IMG/VR virus record: IMGVR_UViG_3300021961_000099 | Span: 1-60,408 of that record | DNA length: 60,408 nt | Reading direction: 5' to 3' (one strand) | Source of the DNA: a virus | Lineage: Duplodnaviria; Caudoviricetes | Shown here: one piece after another, positions 8,438 to 16,650 of the stretch | How positions within the stretch are numbered: position 1 is the first letter of the stretch | Layout of the letters: every line of letters starts with the position of its first letter | The notes under the pieces: generated by a model | Databases searched by the model: none | Told to the model about the DNA's origin: nothing | The model's input: the letters and a program-made list of their open reading frames with translations, nothing else | Translations under genes and position numbers: made by a program

Positions 8438-10318
8438 TTATTGAGTTTTTCTACTATAGTCCATCAATTTTTGCATTCTATCGAATTCCTCATTTAATTG
8501 ATTTTCTTTTTTTGAATTTACAGATTCTTCAACTTTGTTCAAAACTGATTTAGAAGTTTTTTTACCTCTTTTTGATTTCAAAGATCCTCTTTCGGTTGTT
8601 TCGCCAGCTTGATCAACAGGTTGAGGTTGTCTTTTATATGATGCATCTTGTTGTTCTTGTCCATAAAGATTTTCTTCAAAGTTTTTGTAAAATCTATCTC
8701 CAGTTTTACTTGGAACAACATTACCTAACGCATTTCCGTCTTTGTCAACCTGAGCATTACCATTGGTGCTATGACCTTTAATTTGTTTTTCAATCATTTC
8801 ATCATTTGGTTTAATCTCATCATAAACTAAATTTGTTTGACCAGGATATGAAAATGCTTCAATATAATCGTCTACAGCTTGTGATGGTGTATATTTTTTT
8901 CTTTTAGCATTAAGACCACCATTTTCAGTTGGGAACTTTTGTGTTCCTTTCATCTCGTATTTAGAGTCTTTATCTGAAGACATATCTTTCAAATAGTCAG
9001 TCATTTTTTTTGTGACAAGCTTCAAATAATCCTCGTTTTCTTTTTTGTCATTTTTGTGTACTCTTTCATATTCTCTATAACCTTTTGGTTCTTTCATTTT
9101 GAAAGAATTTTTTTCTGTGATGACTAATTTTTCAATTAAATCAATCAAATCTGATTCTGTGTATAGAATTGATTCAGTAACTTTAGCTTTACCTTTTTCT
9201 TTCCAACCTTGTTTAGCTCTCTTAGCAAAATATAACTGACTCATTTTTGTTTTGTCGGCGTGTGAAACTTTTTTCCCTGAATCCATTGTTTTGTCATTTT
9301 TAGCCTTTTGTTTTTTAATAGCCGCGTTCAATTCTTCAATTGACATGTCAGAGTATTCACCCGTTTGTTTAACATCAACTTCTTTATTCCATTTTTCCTC
9401 AAGTGAAGATCTGTCTTTATATTCTTTACCACCTAATTTGAAGGAATGCCCTTTAGGTGTTTTTTTCAACATACCTGTAAAAGCATTACCTTCTTCAGTT
9501 TCACCTTCTTTTTCAAATTCAACTTCATAAAGTTGTTCCTCATCTTGTTGTTTCCTCAACATTTTGAAGTCTTCTTTATCAAGTCTACCATTTTTATTTT
9601 TGTCTAACTTATGTTGTTTACCATGAAGTTTTTCTGTTATTTCATCTTCTTCACGATATCGGTATTTAGTTTTATAGGAGGGCATATCGTCAGGTATATT
9701 CAAACCATAATCTTCATCATCATCATCATCTTCTTTCTCTCCACCACTTACAAGTTTGTCTTGATATGCCTGTAATTCATCTTCATCACCTAAATTACGC
9801 ATTCTCTCATATTCATCATGTGAATACCAACTTTCATCTAATTCTAGATCAAACTCAACATCTTCAGTATCATCATTATGTTTTCTTTTTTTACTACGCG
9901 ATTTTTTAAGATCTGAATCATCATCATAATCTGAGAATGAAATTTCTTCAAAGTCATCATCAAATTTTTTTGATCTCATTTCATATGATCTATCGTTCAT
10001 CAAATCTTCTTTTTCTCTACGAGTCATTTTATTTAGATTTTTGTTACCAAATCTTGGGTGACCATCTTCCATTCCACCTAATTCCATAATTTCAGCCTCG
10101 TTTCTATATCCACATTCCGAACACTCACCTTCTCTCATTTCACCACCACACGACTCACACATACCCTTACCTTCTTGCACATAATCAAAAGAATTGTCTG
10201 AATAAAGATCTGTTTCTTTATCTAAATTTAATTTGTTCATAAGAGAGTGGGCTTTTTCTTGTAGGTCTTCCTTCAAAATTTTTCTGAAAGTTCTTGCTAT
10301 ATAATCTTTTTTGTCCAT
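8438..10318 (-). CDS. Large acidic protein with a Zn ribbon and an EF-hand-like loop; putative prohead core/internal protein
   Basis: CESCGG..ECSECG; LDKNKNGRLDKEDF; many [IL]-x-E sites; C-terminal LNEEFDRMQKLMDY; TATTTAT upstream (10333-10339). Confidence 0.7.
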   Translation of the reverse strand: MDKKDYIARTFRKILKEDLQEKAHSLMNKLNLDKETDLYSDNSFDYVQEGKGMCESCGGEMREGECSECGYRNEAEIMELGGMEDGHPRFGNKNLNKMTRREKEDLMNDRSYEMRSKKFDDDFEEISFSDYDDDSDLKKSRSKKRKHNDDTEDVEFDLELDESWYSHDEYERMRNLGDEDELQAYQDKLVSGGEKEDDDDDEDYGLNIPDDMPSYKTKYRYREEDEITEKLHGKQHKLDKNKNGRLDKEDFKMLRKQQDEEQLYEVEFEKEGETEEGNAFTGMLKKTPKGHSFKLGGKEYKDRSSLEEKWNKEVDVKQTGEYSDMSIEELNAAIKKQKAKNDKTMDSGKKVSHADKTKMSQLYFAKRAKQGWKEKGKAKVTESILYTESDLIDLIEKLVITEKNSFKMKEPKGYREYERVHKNDKKENEDYLKLVTKKMTDYLKDMSSDKDSKYEMKGTQKFPTENGGLNAKRKKYTPSQAVDDYIEAFSYPGQTNLVYDEIKPNDEMIEKQIKGHSTNGNAQVDKDGNALGNVVPSKTGDRFYKNFEENLYGQEQQDASYKRQPQPVDQAGETTERGSLKSKRGKKTSKSVLNKVEESVNSKKENQLNEEFDRMQKLMDYSRKTQ

Positions 10319-10342
10319 TTTTACTTTTTTTTATAAATATCT

Positions 10343-11119
10343 TTATTTTTGTCTTTTTCTAATTTCGTTGAATATAATCTCCGAAATAAAATTTCTATCA
10401 ATATTGTAACTGCTCGAGACACTATCAATAGCATTTTGGACAGACTCATTTTCAAATATTTTCAGAGCCCTTATATCTCCTTGATTACAATAAGGAAATT
10501 TTTTACATTTTTTCTTTACTTGAACTCTTTTAGCTCCCGGCATGTATTTTGTCGAAGCTCCTTTCCAATTTTTTTTACTCATCGACTTTGCCCAAATTGC
10601 TGGTTGTGAATACTGACCAGCGGATGCCGATGATGTTGCTTCAGTCGCCTCAACTTTTTCAACTTGTTCTCTAACAGTTTTAATTATATCCTTTTTTGCA
10701 ACTGATGATTCAGATTCGGATGAAAATAATGGCATACTATATCCACCTGCGGAAGCTGCCCCTGTTGCTTCAGTATTTTCTTCTTTTTTTTTCGTATTGG
10801 TATTTAATATTTTTTTGAAGAAGTTATTTAGTTCTTCGGGGTCTTTGAGGAATTCTTTAATTTTGGTTCTTTTTTCTCTTACTGAGTGTTTGGGACTTTT
10901 AATAATCTTATAAACATCAACGATGTCTTTTTTATCTTTCAAAAATTCTGTGTAGTGTTTTTTTTCTGAAGTTTCCTCCATTTGTTCTGACTTTTCAATT
11001 TGTTGGATCGCATTTCTCCTTTCATCAGGTGGTAACCCCGTAAATTTAGAAGTGATTGCGTCTTTCAATTTGCCTGTAACATTTGTTTCCATTATATATT
11101 TCTGAATTTTTGTTCCCAA
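10343..11119 (-). CDS. Hypothetical protein with a duplicated EAT(G/S)xASAGxY motif
   Basis: EATGAASAGGYSMP and EATSSASAGQYSQP; CKKFPYC near the C-terminus. Confidence 0.75.
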   Translation of the reverse strand: MGTKIQKYIMETNVTGKLKDAITSKFTGLPPDERRNAIQQIEKSEQMEETSEKKHYTEFLKDKKDIVDVYKIIKSPKHSVREKRTKIKEFLKDPEELNNFFKKILNTNTKKKEENTEATGAASAGGYSMPLFSSESESSVAKKDIIKTVREQVEKVEATEATSSASAGQYSQPAIWAKSMSKKNWKGASTKYMPGAKRVQVKKKCKKFPYCNQGDIRALKIFENESVQNAIDSVSSSYNIDRNFISEIIFNEIRKRQK

Positions 11120-11337
11120 AAACCTCTTTGTTGATACATCACCGTAAAGTACTCTTGGAAGGATTTAATTACAATATCTTTTACATTTTTTTTCAGTCCG
11201 CCTTTATTCATATCTTCAGAAACTTTATCTAAAAGTTTTTTTTCAAACTGTTTGGCGCTACTTGAATCAAAAAAGTCTTTTATTTCTTTTCTGATGAGAA
11301 CCTCTATCTCTTTTTTTTCTGCAGATGTTAAAGCCAT
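11092..11337 (-). CDS. Hypothetical protein
   Basis: 81 aa ORF, translationally coupled to its neighbours. Confidence 0.7.
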   Translation of the reverse strand: MALTSAEKKEIEVLIRKEIKDFFDSSSAKQFEKKLLDKVSEDMNKGGLKKNVKDIVIKSFQEYFTVMYQQRGFWEQKFRNI

Positions 11338-11756
11338 TATTTAAAGATTGCAATGTATGTTAATGGTGCTATAATGAGCCCTGAAATTATGTTATATAAT
11401 GTGTTTTTTGTTTTGAGTCTTTTATTTTCTTTTGCAAGATTTTTATTTTCTTCTTTATAAATTTCTAATTTTTCTTCAGTTTTAATTAATATTTGATTAC
11501 TTAACGAATCTTTTTGTTCCCAAGATTGGTTGATTTTTTCCAAAAACAAAACTTTATTGTTTAGTTCAATTATTTCTTGTTTGTCTAGTTTTGTTAATTC
11601 TTTTAGTTTATCATAATCATTCAACTCGATCAACATTTTTTTTGCAACATCGTATGGTATACAAACCTCACTTGTATCTTTTACATTTTTTGAATTTTGT
11701 GCCGAGAGATTGAACCCAACCAAAAAAAATAATATTATAATTAGTTTTGTTTTCAT
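11337..11756 (-). CDS. Exported coiled-coil protein with a C-terminal TM; spanin-like candidate
   Basis: Signal peptide (MKTKLIIILFFLVGFNLSAQ), coiled coil, C-terminal hydrophobic helix; near the amidase. Confidence 0.5.
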   Translation of the reverse strand: MKTKLIIILFFLVGFNLSAQNSKNVKDTSEVCIPYDVAKKMLIELNDYDKLKELTKLDKQEIIELNNKVLFLEKINQSWEQKDSLSNQILIKTEEKLEIYKEENKNLAKENKRLKTKNTLYNIISGLIIAPLTYIAIFK

Positions 11757-11757
11757 T

Positions 11758-12111
11758 CTAAAAGTTATATCGTTTCCTTAACAAACTATCAATTTGACCT
11801 TTATTAGCGTTTTGTATTTCCTCTTTTTTTTGAATGTAGTAATTGTTAACTTGTTTTTTTTCAAATTTGATGTTTGATATTTTTTCATCAATCTCTTTGA
11901 TTTTTTTTTCGTATGATTCTATGGAATCAGATAGTTGTTTTTGAAGTGTTTTAATTTCTTGAACTTTTTTGTCTATTTGTTCTAATTTATATTTGTTGAG
12001 TTCTGACATGTCTTTGATAGGTGTGAAAACACGCACTAACAAATAAAGAAAAATCCCACCCAAAATGATGAGAACAATAGATTTCCAATTTTTATTTAAA
12101 AACTCTGTCAT
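11758..12111 (-). CDS. N-terminally anchored coiled-coil membrane protein; i-spanin-like candidate
   Basis: One N-terminal TM followed by a long coiled coil; near the amidase. Confidence 0.5.
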   Translation of the reverse strand: MTEFLNKNWKSIVLIILGGIFLYLLVRVFTPIKDMSELNKYKLEQIDKKVQEIKTLQKQLSDSIESYEKKIKEIDEKISNIKFEKKQVNNYYIQKKEEIQNANKGQIDSLLRKRYNF

Positions 12112-12674
12112 TTTTTTTCCTGTCTTGATGCCACTATTTTACTCCACTTAATTTTGAACTTTTCGTAATAAGTTTGTAATTTGTTTATCATTTCTAAATA
12201 TTCTTCATCAACTTTGATCATTTGTCCATTGATGTAAATTCCGTTAGGTTCGTTGATTGTAAAAAAGAATTCAAGATCCAATTCCAAAATTTGGCCTGAC
12301 CATTCAACATTTTCAGAAAAAACATTCATTTTATCAAATTTTACAAGTTCCGCAACACCCGTCCTGAATTCGTCAACACTTTCAACAAATGCGTTTTTTT
12401 CATCAGTAGTAAGTTGTAAGTTAACTTCACTTTCCCCATGTAAGATCAAAACATTTCCTTGGATTTTATATCCCTTTTGTTTATCATGTTTTTTACCTAT
12501 CTCGTCAGAATCTTTTTTTTCATTTGCAGTTTCCATACTGTCTTTTTCCATTACAGGTTGTTCTGTGAGTAATGAGTATTTTTTTCTTATTTCGGATTTA
12601 GTTGACTCATTAATATTCGAAAATATTTTTCTAGAGCTATCAACTAATTTTTTTATTTCTTCGTAGTTATTCAT
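12108..12674 (-). CDS. Hypothetical protein
   Basis: 188 aa; N-terminal INE/LLTEQ motifs like the putative head-internal proteins. Confidence 0.7.
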   Translation of the reverse strand: MNNYEEIKKLVDSSRKIFSNINESTKSEIRKKYSLLTEQPVMEKDSMETANEKKDSDEIGKKHDKQKGYKIQGNVLILHGESEVNLQLTTDEKNAFVESVDEFRTGVAELVKFDKMNVFSENVEWSGQILELDLEFFFTINEPNGIYINGQMIKVDEEYLEMINKLQTYYEKFKIKWSKIVASRQEKK

Positions 12675-13260
12675 TTTCTAACAGTTTTTTAAATTTTTCA
12701 AAATCAAATGCGGGACTCAAATCAGTTGTGAACTCGTCAAAGTTAGATCTCGTTAGTATACCTAAAAATGACTCTACTCCTTTCACTTTGGTATTATGTC
12801 CTATACAGTTCAAACTAATTTCAAATTCTTCGGACAACTTTTTACAAAGTTCTGCAGTTTTTTCTAACTGTAGATCTGTGTAAGGTTGCCAAAAAAAATA
12901 GTCCCTCCATTTTTTGTCTACAACATTTCCTTTATAAATATTACCAATCCAGTTAATATGATAATTTTTGAGTGGAACCTTTTCCAACCAACCCAAATTT
13001 TCCAAACAAATTACTATTGATTTGGCGTTTACCCTCTCATTTGTTGTGAATTTCCCATTTTTCATGTCATCCATAACTTTGATCACTTTACCTTCTCGAT
13101 CAACTAAATAATGAGGTAACTTGAGAGGGTTCCCTGAAAATCTATATTTTAGAGAAACCATATAATCAATAATGTTTCTCGATGTGTGAGTAAGAAGAAT
13201 TTGAGACTTTTCTTTTTCCTCTAAGAAATTTGAATGTTTTATTTTTTCTATTATCTCCAT
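12667..13260 (-). CDS. N-acetylmuramoyl-L-alanine amidase (Amidase_2-like); putative endolysin
   Basis: ILLTHT, PHYLVDREG, SIVICLEN, YTDLQL, IGHN and DLSPAFDF motifs. Confidence 0.75.
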   Translation of the reverse strand: MEIIEKIKHSNFLEEKEKSQILLTHTSRNIIDYMVSLKYRFSGNPLKLPHYLVDREGKVIKVMDDMKNGKFTTNERVNAKSIVICLENLGWLEKVPLKNYHINWIGNIYKGNVVDKKWRDYFFWQPYTDLQLEKTAELCKKLSEEFEISLNCIGHNTKVKGVESFLGILTRSNFDEFTTDLSPAFDFEKFKKLLENE

Positions 13261-13263
13261 ACA

Positions 13264-14433
13264 TTATTTTGTGTATTTTAATACTTTTTTTTCTATTTCT
13301 TCTAACTTTTGGTTGAATAGTTTTTCGTCAACCATCTGACCCTTGTCGTCAAATATTTGTCCATTGTCATTAACATAGTACTTGAATGGGACTTCAACTG
13401 GTACCTCAACTACTTTTTCGACAGGTACTTCCCTTACCAATTCAACTAACTTTTCGACAGGTACTTCTCTTACCACTTCAACTGGTACTTCAACATATTT
13501 TACAACCTCAACTACTTTTTCTACAGTTTTTGGTTCTGAATTTGTAATGTCTTCAGGTTTAGTTAAATCGTATAAATAACTTTCTGGAACTTCAATTTCA
13601 TCATAAAAATCTTCAACTTTGTCTTCTTCTTTTCTTCTGAAATTTTTGAATGCTTGGTTTGTCGAAATTACAAGTGCTATTGCTAACGGGTCAAAAACAA
13701 AAATTAATGTAAGAATAAAAAAGTTTGCCGTTTTTTTGATATCCCAACCTGTAATTTCGCTCAAATATTTTATAGCTCCTAATTCTCCTGATTCTATTTC
13801 CTGTGATGTCAGATCTAAAACTTGTAAATCCAATTTTGTAATACTATCATTTAAGTATTCTATTTTTTTTGAAATGGTGTCTTTACTGGTCTGTGCCACT
13901 TTCAACTGTAGTTCAAATGCCTTTCTATTACCGCCATTAGCCCTTGTAATCACTTGACCTGTGGTCCTATCTACCGTTTGAGTTGTAGTGTTTGTTGAAA
14001 GCGCGTTTCTTAGATTTGTTATGTCTTTATCTAAAGATTCCTTTTCTTTTTGATATTCCCCTTTTATTTCCTCAAATCTTGTTTTTTTGATTTCTATGTT
14101 TTCAATTTTTTTATTATTAATCTCAAGTCCTGCGATGTTTTTTTGAAACCCTGTTGATAGTAAACCATATATACCTATCGAAGTAAGGATAGAAAGGGTT
14201 ACTAATGCTATTGTTAGATATATTTTAAGTATACCATATGTTTCCTTCCATTTGTCATGAAGATAAGTTGCGATCGCGATTTTTGAAATTTCCAAAAAAG
14301 ATCCCATTATAATAACAGGAAGAGCGACTGCTGAGAAAATTATTGATAAACCTACGACACTATAATAAGCCGCAGTTCCTGATAGTCCTATTGCACAAAA
14401 CAACAAAAACCAAGGTAAAAATTTTTTATTCAT
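13264..14433 (-). CDS. Multi-pass membrane protein with a coiled coil and C-terminal VEKVVEVP repeats
   Basis: About 3 N-terminal TMs, a coiled coil, a further TM (FVFDPLAIALVI), then EKVVEV/EVPVE repeats; TATTTAT upstream (14450-14456). Confidence 0.75.
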   Translation of the reverse strand: MNKKFLPWFLLFCAIGLSGTAAYYSVVGLSIIFSAVALPVIIMGSFLEISKIAIATYLHDKWKETYGILKIYLTIALVTLSILTSIGIYGLLSTGFQKNIAGLEINNKKIENIEIKKTRFEEIKGEYQKEKESLDKDITNLRNALSTNTTTQTVDRTTGQVITRANGGNRKAFELQLKVAQTSKDTISKKIEYLNDSITKLDLQVLDLTSQEIESGELGAIKYLSEITGWDIKKTANFFILTLIFVFDPLAIALVISTNQAFKNFRRKEEDKVEDFYDEIEVPESYLYDLTKPEDITNSEPKTVEKVVEVVKYVEVPVEVVREVPVEKLVELVREVPVEKVVEVPVEVPFKYYVNDNGQIFDDKGQMVDEKLFNQKLEEIEKKVLKYTK

Positions 14434-14498
14434 TGATTCAGTTTATTAGATAAATATTAAAATAACTGAATTGGGGTCAAATATAAACCCTATTAAAA

Positions 14499-14528
14499 TA
14501 ATAAAACCCCCACCGGTACCAGTGGGGG
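14499..14528 (-). terminator. Intrinsic terminator after the sigma gene and putative RNA
   Basis: Minus strand: CCCCCACUG-GUAC-CGGUGGGGG-UUUUAUU. Confidence 0.85.
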
Positions 14529-14629
14529 AGTGTAGTTTCATCCTACCGTATAGATAGAATTGAGGAGTTGCACCTTGGTGACTTCAGGCACCTTCTGCCG
14601 AGTTATAAGGGTAATCTCGGTTCAACCCT
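14529..14629 (-). ncRNA. Putative structured non-coding RNA of unknown family
   Basis: GC-richer than its surroundings, no ORF; stems GGGUUG/CAACUC, CCGAG/CUCGG, GGUG/CACC and AUUCUAUC/GGUAGGAU; followed by a terminator. Confidence 0.5.
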
Positions 14630-14631
14630 TT

Positions 14632-15432
14632 TTATAGATAGTCAAACAATTCGGAAGATTCGTTTCGTAGTCTTCGTAAAGCTTTTTCTTTAATCTGACG
14701 AACTCGTTCTTTCGTCAATCCGAAGTCTGATCCGATATCTTCTAATGTTCGGGGCGTTCCTGTTAACCCAAAGTAATCCGCAACTATAATTCTTTCACGA
14801 TCGTCTAACACATCCAACAATCCAACAAGTTTTTGTTTTAAGATATCTTTAGTGTCAAACACAGCGTCAGGCAACTCAGCATCTTTATTTTCAATCATAT
14901 CTAAGAGTGTATCACCATCTTCATTGATGTTCATATCAAGATCGATAATTGATGGTAGTGTCGAGAATTTATCATCAAGTTTTTTTCCTGACTGTTCTAC
15001 TTCTTTTTTAGCTTTATGTAAATCTTGCACTACATTAACCGGTAGTCGAATTGTTCTTGCGTTATCGTTTAGTGACTGAATTATTGACTGTTTGATCCAC
15101 CACACTCCGTAAGAAATAAATCGTAAATCTTTTTCCCAATCAAAGTTTTTTATTGCCTTCATTAAACCAAGATTACCCTCAGCAATTAAATCAGACAAAT
15201 CAAGTCCTTGATTTTGATATTGTTTTGCAACCGTGATCACAAAACGAAGATTACCCTGAATCAATTCTTGTTCAATTCGTTTCCTTTCCGACATTGGTGT
15301 GTCGTCTGACTTCATTTTTTTTGCTAGTTCTCTTTCACGCTCTGCGGTCATTACCTTAATCTTTCTGATGTCTTTAAGGTAGTGAGCAATTTCTTCTTGA
15401 TTGATAGGTGCACCTGTGTTTTTGTCCTTCAT
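14632..15432 (-). CDS. rpoD: RNA polymerase sigma-70 factor, Bacteroidota RpoD-like (lacks region 1.1)
   Basis: NLRFVITVAKQYQNQGLDLSDLIAEGNLGL, FISYGVWWIKQSI, RTIRLP; region 4 TLEDIGSDFGLTKERVRQIKEKALRRLR. Confidence 0.93.
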   Translation of the reverse strand: MKDKNTGAPINQEEIAHYLKDIRKIKVMTAERERELAKKMKSDDTPMSERKRIEQELIQGNLRFVITVAKQYQNQGLDLSDLIAEGNLGLMKAIKNFDWEKDLRFISYGVWWIKQSIIQSLNDNARTIRLPVNVVQDLHKAKKEVEQSGKKLDDKFSTLPSIIDLDMNINEDGDTLLDMIENKDAELPDAVFDTKDILKQKLVGLLDVLDDRERIIVADYFGLTGTPRTLEDIGSDFGLTKERVRQIKEKALRRLRNESSELFDYL

Positions 15433-15442
15433 ATATGTATAA

Positions 15443-15973
15443 TTATAGTGTTTTGGAATATTCGTCTAACTTTTGTTTTTCAATCTCAGATAATGAATCC
15501 ATACCATTGATACTAATTTTGTCTAACAACTCATCTAGTGTCATGTTACAAGTTTTTGGTTTTCTCAAGTTGAGTAATAGGTCTGCAATGTCCATAAAAG
15601 ACTCTTCACCTTTTGATGGTTTAAACTCGTAATTAATTTTTGGTGGTGTTGGTTTGTGCTTTGTTGGTTTGGTTTTTCTCAACGACAATAAATGTTTAAG
15701 GTTGTCTTTTGGCATGTTTGATTCATTACTTTTTGGTTTTGGAACTAAAAAGTACTGAAAACAGTCAAGTTCATCATTAATTATATTGATCCAATCTGCA
15801 AATTCAGTGATTGTCAAATCTGACGCAAAATGAAAAATTGCATGTTTGTCTCCGAACATAAATTTAGCCTCTTTTGAAGACATTTGTTCGGCAATTCGTG
15901 TTGCAATTTCATTAGTTGTGATTTCTGAGTTTTCAACTGTACTATCAAAATAAACAAAAAGTAAGTAATTCAT
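15443..15973 (-). CDS. Hypothetical protein
   Basis: 176 aa; C-terminal LDELLDKISINGMDSLSEIEKQKL helix; TATATTTG (15995-16002) upstream. Confidence 0.7.
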   Translation of the reverse strand: MNYLLFVYFDSTVENSEITTNEIATRIAEQMSSKEAKFMFGDKHAIFHFASDLTITEFADWINIINDELDCFQYFLVPKPKSNESNMPKDNLKHLLSLRKTKPTKHKPTPPKINYEFKPSKGEESFMDIADLLLNLRKPKTCNMTLDELLDKISINGMDSLSEIEKQKLDEYSKTL

Positions 15974-16011
15974 ATGTGATTTTAAAATGTTCTACAAATA
16001 TAATAAATAAA

Positions 16012-16650
16012 CTAACAATAAACCCAATTACCATCAAATTTATTTTTTAATGCAATTGTTTCACCTTTTTTGTTGAATTTCCTTTTGTCTTTAGAGGCCC
16101 CATTACAATATTGACATTGGGGTATGGTATTAGAGAGGTCTAATGGTAACTCGGGATCCATATGTCCTTTTTCTAGTTTACAAATCCCATTTGCTCTACT
16201 CATAGGTTCACCTTCTTTTGACCCGCAACAAGCGCATTCAAAATGATATTGAGATTTAAGAGTTGCCCATTCCTGTTCGGTGAGCGTCTCACTTTTTCTC
16301 AGTATAAATTCTGTATATGTTTTGTCAACTAAAGAATATCCCCTAATTCCATGATGATAATTAGATATATTATACCCAGTCCTATTTCCTATGTGCCTTC
16401 CCGCTTGGAAATCACTTCTATATTCAGGAAACAAATGTCTATACCCATCCGTAAGTTCTGCTTTAGAAACAGTTTGACCCAAATTAATCCATAAAAAAAG
16501 AAAAGCAAATGTGGTTTGTGATACACTTTTATTTATAACATTAGGTTTAGGAAATAAAACTATACCTTTCGATTCGAGTTCTTCCTGATTATACCACTCG
16601 GAATATTCATTCCAAACAGATTCTATGTTTTCCCAAGATAGATAATTCAT
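16012..16650 (-). CDS. HNH endonuclease (homing- or restriction-like)
   Basis: W..LK..Y...CACCG...LEKGHMDP...NTIPQCQYCN ββα-Me/Zn motif. Confidence 0.8.
   Translation of the reverse strand: MNYLSWENIESVWNEYSEWYNQEELESKGIVLFPKPNVINKSVSQTTFAFLFLWINLGQTVSKAELTDGYRHLFPEYRSDFQAGRHIGNRTGYNISNYHHGIRGYSLVDKTYTEFILRKSETLTEQEWATLKSQYHFECACCGSKEGEPMSRANGICKLEKGHMDPELPLDLSNTIPQCQYCNGASKDKRKFNKKGETIALKNKFDGNWVYC

Noticed and set aside
14529-14629. Calling the intergenic RNA a TPP, SAM-I or glycine riboswitch, or a hammerhead ribozyme
   Set aside because: Only fragments resemble these (GGGU..CCGAGA..ACCC; GGUGCAACUCC; CUGAAGU/GAAAC). The full conserved cores are missing and the element lies 3' of a gene, so it is left unassigned.
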